This document shows positions 51,579-63,300 of a stretch of DNA of 64,000 nucleotides, in pieces. This stretch comes from Paraspadella gotoi (Eukaryota; Animalia; Chaetognatha). Position 1 is the first letter of the stretch. The number at the start of each line of letters is the position of its first letter. The stretch lies in NCBI GenBank assembly GCA_051294375.1, contig CM119263.1:11881130-11945129 (forward strand), written 5' to 3'. The notes beneath the pieces are model-generated. The model was not told where the DNA came from. It did not search any database and saw only the letters and a list, made by a program, of their open reading frames with translations. A program made the position numbers and the translations under genes.

Positions 51579-54179
51579 GGAGAGATTAGGAAATAGGATA
51601 AACCGTCCAAATTTCCCGCAATTCAACTGACCGACGAAATCGCCTTTTTTTTCGCTTTCGTTGAACTCTTGACCACTCTTTCTATTTTCCTCATCCAATT
51701 TTTCCAGAGTCCTCTTCACCAACTCCACCTCGCTATCCCCCAAAGCCGTGGACACCGACGAAACTCCAGCGCGTCGGCAGCCCGTTATCGCCTCTTTTAG
51801 CCGTCTCGCGTCGGTTACATCACGGGCAGCCTCGGCCGCCTGGCGCAGAGAGGCGGCGGCGCGCCCGGGCTGCATGTGCTGCCATCGATCCAGCAACTTG
51901 GCCTCGTATTCGTGAGAGGTCCATCGGTTTGCGTGATCGACGAAGCGGCGGAGAGAATCTGAACCGATTAACTCCAGCGAGGCAAAGAAATTTTTCAAGA
52001 CAATTTCGGATCGAAGATCGCGGACGATCACCTGCTGGCAGAACCGTGTAATCGACTAATTGATTCTAACCAGTCTGAGACAGAAAGAAGATACTCGCTT
52101 GCAACAGCTTGGTCGACGCCAGCGTCGTGGCCGCAGCGGGCGCCGAACCTTCCACGCCGAATGAGCGGCAAGTCTTTAACGTCGCGCGAAGATCCTCCAC
52201 TTTTCGACGATCGCCTCCGCAGGTCGCCGCTGCGTCGAGAGCATCGCTTAATCGTTCCGTTAGCTTTTCCTCTCGCGTGCGCAGTTCAGGCAAGAAGGCG
52301 AGGACGCGGTCGACGAACGAATCGTCATCCTGGTCTTCGTCGCCGCGGTCACCGGTTCCAGTTCCGCGTTTAAAAAGCTGGTAATATGTGGGGGATAAAG
52401 ATTTATGGATAACCAACAACAATAACCATCCAAATAATGAAGATGTTATGGCGACAGCCGGGTTGCCTGTGATGCCCATTGGGATGGGGCATCCGACTCT
52501 CAGTGACGCCTCCAGTCACTGGCGCGGTTACCCTAGGACGGTCTCGCTTTGCCAACGCAGAGGGAAGTCGTTAGGACTGTGGAATGTGGATGGAGCGCAC
52601 CAGCTGGGATGGTGCGTTCCTCCTCTGAGCCATTGGTATTTGTTGAACGATCGCCGTGTGAATATACCACCACAATGTAAAGCGTACGATTCAGTAATGC
52701 TTAATCTTAACCTGAATATTGTGCAGAGTGCCGCGAAGCGTGAGCCATTTTCTTGCAGATATCCACATCCCATCGGTTCTTGAGTCGCCACCGGCTTCAA
52801 ACGACGCCTTCAAGATGAGGCGCTCAAGTCGCCACAGCAATTTCTCCAGAAATTGGTCTCCCTCGGCGATTCCAAGACGTCGGGATTTCCGAAGGACTTC
52901 GATGAGATCCGGTTGCATAACGGTGACGCTCGCGCCGCCGCCCTTGTCACCTCCATTGCTCTGAGATGTTTGAGCTTCCTGAACTCGTTTGAAGACAGTC
53001 TCGAGCCTCCGACGGGCGTTTTTCTCCTGCCGAGCCTTAGAAGCCGAGAGGCCCTGGAGAAACCAGGTGACGTGAAATGTGTCTTCAGAAGACGAGGTGG
53101 CGACCCTGGCGAATTCTGTCGCGAATCTTGCTATCGCTTTCGAGGTCACCGACTCAAGAATTTCTAGCGCTTCCGATTTGCGGTGGAGCAACGTTTTGAA
53201 AGCACCTAGAAACGCTTCTCGCGCTGCTTGGTCAACGATCGAGTCCCCGTCGAGTCCGCGATCCTTCGCTACGCGGACAGAGTTCAACAGTCGCTCGAAA
53301 CTTTCCGTTTCTTCCTCGACGTTTTCCGCCCTCACCAACGACATCGCCGACTGCAATTCACTCCGGGCTTTTAAGTCCAGGGATTTTGACGCAGCTAAAA
53401 GAGGATTCCACGCAGACGCGTAGTTGCAGAAGTTGACATCATCGTAAAAGCGAACGCAGGCACGCCTCAACGATTTAGTCGAGACAAATAGGATTGGACG
53501 CAGGCGAACATCCACGGAATCTTCCACAGATTCTCTGGCCGAAACACTCGTACGGTTGTTGTTGTTCGTTATCGACGGCGACGTTTCCAATCGGCCTTTT
53601 TACGATTAACGGTTAATCATCAATGAAAAATAATTTTAAATGATCGATTATTTTTTCAGTTTTTTTTAGATTATATATATTTAATTTATATTTAAAATCT
53701 TCTGTTAGCTTTGTAATAGGGCATTCTGGGAAAATAAGGCCAGATTCTCTTTACTTACTAAAATTATATTTAATGACTCAAAAAGTATTCACCTTTAGGA
53801 TTTTTGTTTTGTTTTGTAGGTTTTTCTTCAAAGAATTTAGTGTTAATGAATGTATGTCTGTCAGAATACATTAAGAATTTTTTTTTCTTTTTGAAAAATA
53901 AGGATAGTTACCAAATTAACCGATTTTAACGGTGAACTGTTAATTTTGAGCATTTTTTCACAGATGATTAAAATTATACAAATTAATCGTTTTTTTACGC
54001 CTAGTTTCCAATGCTTCTTTTTCGGTTTCCCGATCTTCAGACACACTTTGTTCCCTTGTTTGTAAAGGTCCAACTTGTTCTCGGAGTCGCCGCAAGTGAA
54101 AGATTATGTAAAGTGTCAAGCCGGCGAAAATTAATAAAAGGGAAGCGATGACCAAAGACGACACGAGAACCCAACTCAT
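50147..54179 (-). CDS. Seven-exon gene, ~878-aa protein with N-terminal signal anchor and helical repeats, unknown family
   Basis: Exons 54179-53999, 53595-52808, 52377-52099, 52031-51632, 51482-50868, 50606-50355 and 50268-50147 sum to 2637 nt and stay open if introns 2 and 3 use GC donors. N-terminus MSWVLVSSLVIASLLLIFAGLTLYIIFHLRR. Confidence 0.72.
52446..52675 (-). mobile_element. 5'-truncated copy of the long SINE, intronic
   Basis: Reverse complement of 15320-15575; lacks the tRNA head. Confidence 0.78.
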
Positions 54180-56049
54180 TTTAAATTTTTATTCATTTTA
54201 AGAGAGACGTCTATGCAAATCTTTTAAGCATTTAAACTAAATAGGACTTCACGAAAAGAAATTAAATGGCAGCTTGAAAAGATTATAACTTTTATATTGT
54301 TTCTCATAGCTCGCAAAAAAAAAAAAAACAATCGTATTCCTTATTACACCGTCGCCCCGATGTGATAAATCTAAATTAAAATTTTGTAAGAATTAAATTA
54401 TACGGTGTTATTGTTTGAAAGCAGCGCAATTTCCTCCATTATCTTGTTTGTCATCTTTTCTCGCACGCTTGTTGCTAATGGTGTCGCCGTCTTTAATCCG
54501 TGCCCAACAAAGCGACTATATCCGACTTTAAGACGACGACGACGACAACAACGACGATAATCCGTTTTTTGTTCGAAATGCGTCTTCCTCGAAAAGAGAA
54601 GCAACCAATGCCAATGGCATAGACGAAGAGAAAGAGAAGTAAGATAAATCCTAAAAAGAAGAAGAGTGATAAAATGAATAGTATTAAGTTTTTTTCCCAT
54701 CAATCTTGTTCCTTAACTTCTTAATTATGTATTATTATTATTTTTTTTTTTGGGGGGGGGTTTGTTTTTGGCATTCCCGCTAAAACAAAGGGCTAAAGGG
54801 TGGACGGGGTGGCACGGCGAATGTTGGGAGCGTGTCATCAGCCGTTAGAAATTCGGTGGCTCAAATGGGGTCACCGGATTTGATGCAGAGAAAAGAAAGC
54901 GAAAATAAAGGGTATCGGAGTTTTTGGGCAAAGTCTATCCTCAACAGAGGGATTTTGTTTTTCGCTTTTATGTTTGCATTAAAGGATTACACTGAGACGA
55001 GACAAGTGGTTGCTGGATAGTGGGTAACTGGGTATGCACGGGCCCAATGTTTTAGGGACGAGGGAATAAAGGAGGGATCAATCACTGAATTAGTCAAATG
55101 GTAGCTTTGCGGAAACAAGTTGTGTGGGCCCCTCCACAGATCGTTTAGCGGACCCCCTATAAAGGTAACACCTTGAACTTGCCGATTTGTTTCTATCCGA
55201 TTGACTTTGTGGACGGATTCCTCCCTTTTCTACGCCCCTGGTAGGTTGTTAGTAACAGGGAAAAAAATAATCTAGATTCACAATTAAAAGTAAAAGTAAA
55301 AGTGTATTTTTCAGAAAATAAGAGTGACCAATTGTTTTCTCGGACAAGTCGCGACCAATGACGCCAAGGACCCGGGTCGAGAAGCGGAAATGCGTCTACG
55401 TCCGGGCAGTGATCGAGAAACGCTCATCTCATGGGTCAGACTTTTGGCACATTCACATGCTTCATCCTACGCGCGAATTTGTTTGTTTGCAACTTTGGCG
55501 AGAAGAGAACGGAAAAAAAAATGGGAGAGGGACGAAGTTTGATTTATTATTATACCATTTTTGTTTTATAACTATAAATTCATTACTCTTTTGCTCAAAA
55601 TCAAATTCCAACGGATGAGTTTAAAACTGATATAACTAATGATTTTTTGCCAAACATTTGATGTGTGAGAAAGAGAGATAAAGGTAGCAAAGAACTGATA
55701 ACGAGAAAATTTATGAAATAGTGAGGGATATATTAAGTGAAGAAAAATAAAAATTTAACATAAAGAAAGAGTTAAAAATAGAGCTAATGCATAATAATTA
55801 CATCTATTAATGCCATGATAATACATTTTTCAAATTGGTGTCAATAATGTGCGCGAGATATGTTTGGGCCTTAAGAAACGAAAGGGTGGCATTTTCACTC
55901 GAATCCTCTACTTTCGCTCCTCTTCCCCCTCAGCCATCGTCGCATCAATGTGTCGCCGCGAAGGACGATGACGGTGACGCTGGCGTCGATATTGAGGACG
56001 AATCGTCGCGGGCGATAAAATCGGCGACGACGATGATGACGATAAAGGG

Positions 56050-56057
56050 TATAAAAA
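56050..56057 (+). promoter_or_regulatory. Candidate TATA box for the Pax gene
   Basis: GGGTATAAAAAGCGG in a CpG-rich patch ~1.3 kb upstream of the first coding exon; motif only. Confidence 0.25.
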
Positions 56058-56239
56058 GCGGAGACCACGGACTCGGGATAATAGACTCTTTTTTTTGCTA
56101 TTTAACTTATGTCCCGACCACTTTCGGAGAAGAACTTATAAAAACCACTACAAGTTTGAGCTTGCAACGTCGAATTTGCCCACGCTAAATCAGCTTTTCA
56201 GCTAATAAGTTAATGAGAAAATAAATTATTAAAGTGATC

Positions 56240-56472
56240 GTGTGGAGAGAAGGTCGCCGTGCTTCTCATTTAGTATGCCCAGTTGGTCTGGGCGAGTTCT
56301 CCGTAAGTTGTCTAGCTTGCCGAAACTTCGGATCCGGCGGTAGGCTTTCTACCGAACGCTTTAACCGGCCTTTTAAATTTAATCTTTTAGCAGGGGCTGT
56401 TCCGACCAGGGATAGAATCCGGGAACATTGGGTTTGGAGATGAAGGGTTAGCCCATTGCGTTATGACGGGGA
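56240..56472 (-). mobile_element. Possible further tRNA-derived SINE
   Basis: Minus strand begins CGTCATAACGCAATGGGCTAAC...CTCCAAA...CCCGGATTCTATCCC (degenerate A/B boxes); single copy in the window. Confidence 0.35.
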
Positions 56473-57327
56473 GGATGGAAAGAAAGGTTGTATCAAACGG
56501 GTGGGGATATTACGTCACTATATGATAAAAATTAAAGTATTTTATAAATATAATATAACGTAGTAAACGCCCATTAAATTTTATATGACTAGCCTGTTTT
56601 TCCCCCCCTTCTTTACTAAGGAATTTATTTCTTTTTTTTTCTTTCTTTCGTTAAGTAACATTTCTTTTTTCTTTAATAATATCTATGATCAATATGTACT
56701 GCTCTCTCGTCTTTTAGCTTCATAAGAATGTCCAAATTATCAGAAATTTCTATTTTTTGTCTCCAAATAACAATATGTTTTAATTTAATCACACCTTCAT
56801 TGCAAGGAGCAAAGTTAAATGTGAACAATCCTGGGATGATGGTAGGCAGAATAAATAATAATAAACTAACAGCTAAATAATTGTATATATATATATTTAA
56901 AAAAGCTATATGTAGCTTTTTTTTTAAATATCTCTAAACGCTAATAATTTTTCTTTAAATGTATTAGATTTATTATATTAAATATTTTATTGTAAAAGTT
57001 GTCCTCACAGACTTCAATTTTTTTTTTCAATGCTAAGTGGATGAATGTCGGGAGAACTCTTAAAAAATTACTATATTTATTTTAAACAGTTTTTTTAATT
57101 TTCAGTAAAGAAATTTCAAAATTTAAATAAATGTTTACATTTTGTTATTTAACTTTTCCACTATTAGAATCCCGCAAAAAAATGAGTTTTTTGGCATTAT
57201 ATAGTAGTATAATGATTTTAATTAACAAATTACTCGTTAAAATAATTCAACACAATTTTGAATACGTACCAATAACAAATTTGTTTAATGCCGTTTCCAT
57301 TAAATTTTCAATTAGGTCGGCAATACA

Positions 57328-60300
57328 ATGGATCGAGAAACGACGACGACTTCCGATCAAACTCTAGTATCCCATGTCACCTCGGCGCCGAGCGTCTTTG
57401 CAACAAACGCGGCTCCCTCCGCGTTTCGTGGCCCACCCGACGCCAATTTTTTGCCCGGGGCGGCGCTTTTTTATTCGCCGCAATCGTCGAGACCACCGAC
57501 TCCGACTGCGCTCTCGGTCGGAGCTTCCGAAAATTCCCCGGAACTGACGTCTTCGAACTCAACCGACTTGCGTTTGCCGATCGAGCCGACCTTGCCGGTG
57601 ATGTTGACGCCAGGAACGACATCGACAATTCGAGCGTCGTCTCTTCCCGGAAGCCTAATGATTCCACCGAGATGGAGAGAAATGTCGGCGTTCGTTCCAA
57701 GAAGGTAATATTATTATTAAGTCGGATCTGTCTATAATTCACTTAGTCGGTCCGTCGGTACCACCCGAAAATCTTGTCGTTAAATTATTTTTATCATATC
57801 AGAACATCGAATTATAATAAATTATGCAAAATAAATGATGTCCGTCCGTCTGTCTGTACGTCCGTCGGTCCCCACTTAGCATTAACCTCCAATTACTCGT
57901 AATTGGACGGATGGATTGGAATGAGATCGTGTGAGAGTAGGAAAGTAAGTGGTTGAGCTTGATATAAAGTCACATTTACTTATTTTTTTTAATTAAATTT
58001 ATTCATAATTATTATATTTATTAAAAATTGGATAAATAAATTGATATAGAATTTAGTGTGTGGGTAGGAAAGTATGTGATTAAGCGGGATTTAAATTTTT
58101 GATGGAATCGTAGGAGTGGAAAAGAGTTTAAATTAAAAAACCAAAAGACACATTTATTTGAATTTTTAAAAGTTTCTCTCTCTCTCTCTCTATCTCTGAT
58201 TGATTGTTAATTTGGTTAAATGATTGAATGTTGTTAGAGATTGCACATTTCCTTACGGACTTGGGAACACGATTGAACATCCTTCATATTAATTTCTCTA
58301 TTATTGAGTCATCAATAACCGTAACGCCATTAGTAGTATTAATTGAAGTTAGTTGTAATTTAGTTGACAGTTTAAGGACAATCGAAATAGCAATCAGTAG
58401 AGCCATTGGAAGAGCTGTGGAAGCTCAAAAGCTACAAAAAATAACCATTTATTAATACTAATTCCACCATTTAATAATTTCAGTAAATCAATCAATTACC
58501 TTATGGTCCCAGGTCAATCTCTTCAAAAACTAAAAGTTGCCCTTTCTTTTATACAAAGACTAAATTTAATGGACCAATGAGAAGAGAGATTTTCTTTAAA
58601 ATTATTGAGAATTCAATCATTAACTACTATTGGTAGAATTCGACCAATGAGAGTAAAGATAATATAAAATCATTAAAGTTGAGACTAAAACCAATTGACG
58701 TGATTCAGATATTCACGAAGAGAATTTGTTTGAATTAAAATCATTTCTAACAAATGTGGAGCCTTAAAAGTCTTCGTAATTTACCTATTCATTGTAAGGC
58801 ATCGCTGAAACATGTATGAAGCATAGGGTTAGATGTTAGATTAGGTAGTTCTTATAATTAATCATTCACCTAACTAATTTGACACAGCGTTCCTTTGTAG
58901 TGACAGTACGCTTGATACACTGTGTAAAATCGCATTATAAACGACCTACAGGTCTATACGTATGTAAAGTAAGAAAAACAATTCGAACTTTAATAGAAAA
59001 CTGTTTCTGATTTGAGTTTTAAGCTAATATTAATTTTTTAATTTAATTTGCAATTATCCGGCACGACGCTTTACAGACGTTTCTTGACGGTGAATGCAAA
59101 TGTCACATCTGGCGGTGAAATCAACTGGGCGGCGCCTTCGCCAACGGACGTCCGCTTCCTCTTCCACTGCGTCAGAGAAATCCTCGGGAGCGACGGTTGC
59201 ATATGTTTGCGTGCTTGTGGACACTGCGGACATTTCGAGGCTTCTCAGGTTAGAAGTCCTTTATCCTTTTTACAGGGTCTGAACGATTTGAAATACAATA
59301 ATGAAATGAGTGGCAAGAGTTTTTTCTGACTTTTTATTTTATATACAATGAAATAAAATAAATTTAATAAATAAAATAAAATTACAAAGGGTCGTTGATG
59401 ATTACAAAACATTTAGTCGTTTTTATATGAAATTGGTACAACCAATATAAAAATTATCCATTCATTTAATAAATAAGCTATCTTGCCCCTGACTTTGGAC
59501 AGGCTTTGGTGGTTTATTGGCGCATTATCTGACTTTGGACAGGCTTTGGTGGTTTATTGGCGCATTATATTGCATACGATAAAAGCCATACTTGTTAATA
59601 TTTTTCAGTGGTCATTTCTGAAAATGATAATGGTATGTCTTGTCTTCAATTCACGTAATTTTAAGCATTTCATCACTATACAAATTAAACCTATTTAATT
59701 TTTTTCGGTAAATAATAGAAAATTTTAGGAAAATTATAACGATTATGCTTAAATTGTCAAATACTTAATGTATTTCTTACCTTTTTGATTCTTTTATTAT
59801 GTATTTAGAAATCTTTCATGACTAATTTAATTAACTGACAACATCATTAAAAATTTTTTCACCAAAATACCATGTACACTAAGGCGTAGTGAAAGTTTAC
59901 ATACGAAAATTCTAAAAGTCAATTATGAACAACATACCATCAGTGAACATTAATTTGTAAAAAAATTAATTTTATGTTTTTTAATTTTCGCAGTAGGCTA
60001 TATTTATCTATAGTACTATCCTTATAAAATCGAAAAATTTCAAAATAAGCTTTTCTTAATTTTGATTGCAGATTTGAATTCCTCGTCACAAAGTTGATAA
60101 AAGAAAATATAAATCATTTTTAAAAATTCTTTCATTAAGTGGTTTAAAAAATTAAAAAAACTATAAGTCAGGGGCAAGATAGCTTATTATTAAATGAATG
60201 GATAATTTTTATATTGGTTGTACCAATTTCATAAAAGTTTCAGTTTAAAATATAGCTTTTTCTAATTTTTGACCCACTTAATGAAGGAATTTTTCATAAA

Positions 60301-63300
60301 GAGTTATATTTTCTTTTTATCAACTTTTTATGACGAATCCAAATCTGTAAAAAAATCTTAGAATAAACTGTTTTAAATTTTAACATTTATTGATTTAGTA
60401 CTAGTATAAATATGGCCTACTGCGTAAATTGTAAAATTTATTATAATTTTTTTTATTACATAAATGTTCATTAAATAATGTTGTTCGTTCCTCACTTTTA
60501 GAATTTTAATTAAAGTTAAATTTAGAAATTTTACTATGCCTTAATGTACACATTGCCAGAGGAATTATTATACTACAAATAAGTACTTCTAAAAATATTT
60601 TTAACTATTATGTGTTAGAATGAGATTAAATAATAAGTATTCAAACATTTTTCTTCCAAACCGCGCGGAGAAAACTGCGCAGCTGCCTTTGCTACATCAA
60701 AAAAAGCATGATATCAAAGGATTCCAAAACAATTAATATATCGTCTAAAAGCTAATAGAGAGTATTATACGAATAGTTATTCAGATTTTAAAAATCATTA
60801 GGAGTTTTAGAGTAATGAATTTTTAAAATTTTGTCTCGATATATGGTCCCACTCCTGTAATACAGTGTCTCCTTAAGTTGACCAAGCCACTTGATGGAAT
60901 ATGAGGTTCCATCTCATTGCAATTGAGGGCCGAAGGAGCCTGCAGATTGCAGAAGTATTGGTGTGCATTGTGAAAGTGAAAAAAAAGCAGGTTTTTTTTA
61001 CCTTTTTTTCCAATTTAAATTTTTTTAAAAAATCTGTTTTTTTAAGTATGTCTTGAAGGGGACTGCTGTGGCAGGGACTCAAAAAGATGCACCATTTCAA
61101 CCGAGCGTTTAATCCCGGCATTACACGGGACGGTACTCGTATAACCGTGCTAGTAGTAGAAGTAGAAAGCGACCTTTGAGGGTCTGAGGATTGTAACTGT
61201 AAGTCGCGCCTTTGGTATGACAGGGGATTGACGGTTTTTCAAAATTAAATTTATTAATTGAATGGATTATTTTTTTATTGGTTTTACCAATTTCTTTATT
61301 TTAGGGTTTCCCATGGATGCGTATCAAAAATTCTCTCGCGATTCGCAGAAACTGGGTCCATTTTGCCAGGTTAATAAAATAATATTTCATAAAAATGAAA
61401 GCCTATCTTTTGTTTATACATAGTGATTAGGACGAACATTTATGACTTGTGAAAAAGGTTTGTTTTGCAAAAAAACAAAAATATTTTTACTTGTCTAATA
61501 ATATTTTAATTTACAAAAGAACATCTAGACTGACAAAAAATGTTTTTATATTTTTTTAAAAATTTTTTGGAATGAAAAAATAATATTTTAATAGATGATG
61601 ATTCGCAAAGCAATATATTTTAGCAATAAAAACATTTTGATGTTTTAACTCGCAAAATAATATCACAAATCTTAAAATGATATTTTGAGTCACAAAATGA
61701 TATTTCAACTCACAAAAATCAAAATACATGTGACATGTGGACCAACGAAATTATATTTTTTCACGCGGAATGATCTTTTGACTTGCAAAATGACATTTCA
61801 GTCTGTAATTATTTTGAATTATATAATGGTTCACTATGAACTATGAAAGCGATTGTCAAGTATTGGCGCAGCCATTGGTTTCTTTTATTATAGTTTCTAG
61901 ATAAAGAGACGTTGATACAATTTACTTAATTTGAAGTCAATCTGATTTCCCTCCAAAGGAGCCATTGGAGGCAGCAAGCCAAGAGTCTCAACTCCCTTTG
62001 TCATAGAAAAAATTCACGAGTTTAAAAAGGAAAATTCTTCGCTATTCGCGTGGGAGATTCGTGAAAAGTTGATCCTTAAGGTGAGACCTCATACGGTATT
62101 CATTACTATTCAATATTCATGCAAACAAGAACAGTAATTCCAATGTGTTACGCCGCAGAGACTTCCTTTCATTTTAAGGTTGATGAGTCAGAAATATTTA
62201 TTATGAGTTAATAACAGACCCGTTAAATATAAGAAGTCCCTGAGCTTCAGATCAGCATGTAACACCGTGTTACAGGCGGGTTAAGGCGCCAGCGGGCGAG
62301 AACCCCGCACTTTTCGGTTAAAGAAACGAACGACTTGCCTCCTGCACCAATGGCAGCTGATAAAGTGTTGGTGAATTTTAGTCCACCATAAGATGATCAC
62401 TTAACTTCTAGAACAAATCACGCAGTGTCATGGCCATTGGCCAATAATCCAATGTATCAGAATTCCGTCTTCGATTTTCTATATGATTTCTTAAATGCTA
62501 AAGGTACCGCGTGAGTCAAATCCCCTGACACAAAACAAATCATTGTCATGGTTTACTACATCAAGATAAACATAAACTGTTTTTTGTAATAGAAAAATGT
62601 TTGACATTTTTTCTGCATAAATTTTATATTATATATCATATTATATTTATATTATATTATTTTATTAATAACTTGAAATTAATTTTTTTTCAACGATGTC
62701 AAAATCGTTAAATTGATGGCTCCATACATTTTTTTAAGATCAAGTGCAATAAATCATTTTTATTCAGTATCCAAGTTTACAGTATAAATATTTTGGACTT
62801 TATTATCTTTACAAGGTCAAAAACCGCAAAAAATCAATGGGAGGTATTAAAACTTTGTTTGGGTAAAAAACAAAATCATATTTTTAAAAATGTTTTGCTT
62901 GATGAGAAATAATTTTTTTAGCGATAACAGGTTCATACCAACATATTCGGAAAGCATTTTAAGCATGTTTTAAACCCACTTTAACCAATGTTTTTAACAT
63001 TGTAATAACGTCAATATATTATGAAATTGATACAACCAATATAAAAATTATCTATTCATTTAATATGGTATGACAAAATTCTCTTAATGATTGGTAAGTC
63101 ATATATTAAATTTTTTTACTTCATATCATTTTTACTTCGTATCAGCGGATTTGGTTCACGGGGTAGCGCTATCACTTCGATTTGACGTTCTTTTAAGTTA
63201 GCAAAAATAACAAAAGAGCAACCGAATTTAATACGCATTTAATTGCGGGTCATGTGATTGCTTTTTGAGGTAAACACGTGGCGTTACAAAGATGATACAA

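Noticed and set aside
50805-53423. Plus-strand ORFs overlapping the minus-strand gene
   Set aside because: Antisense shadows of GC-rich exons, with no splice or domain support.
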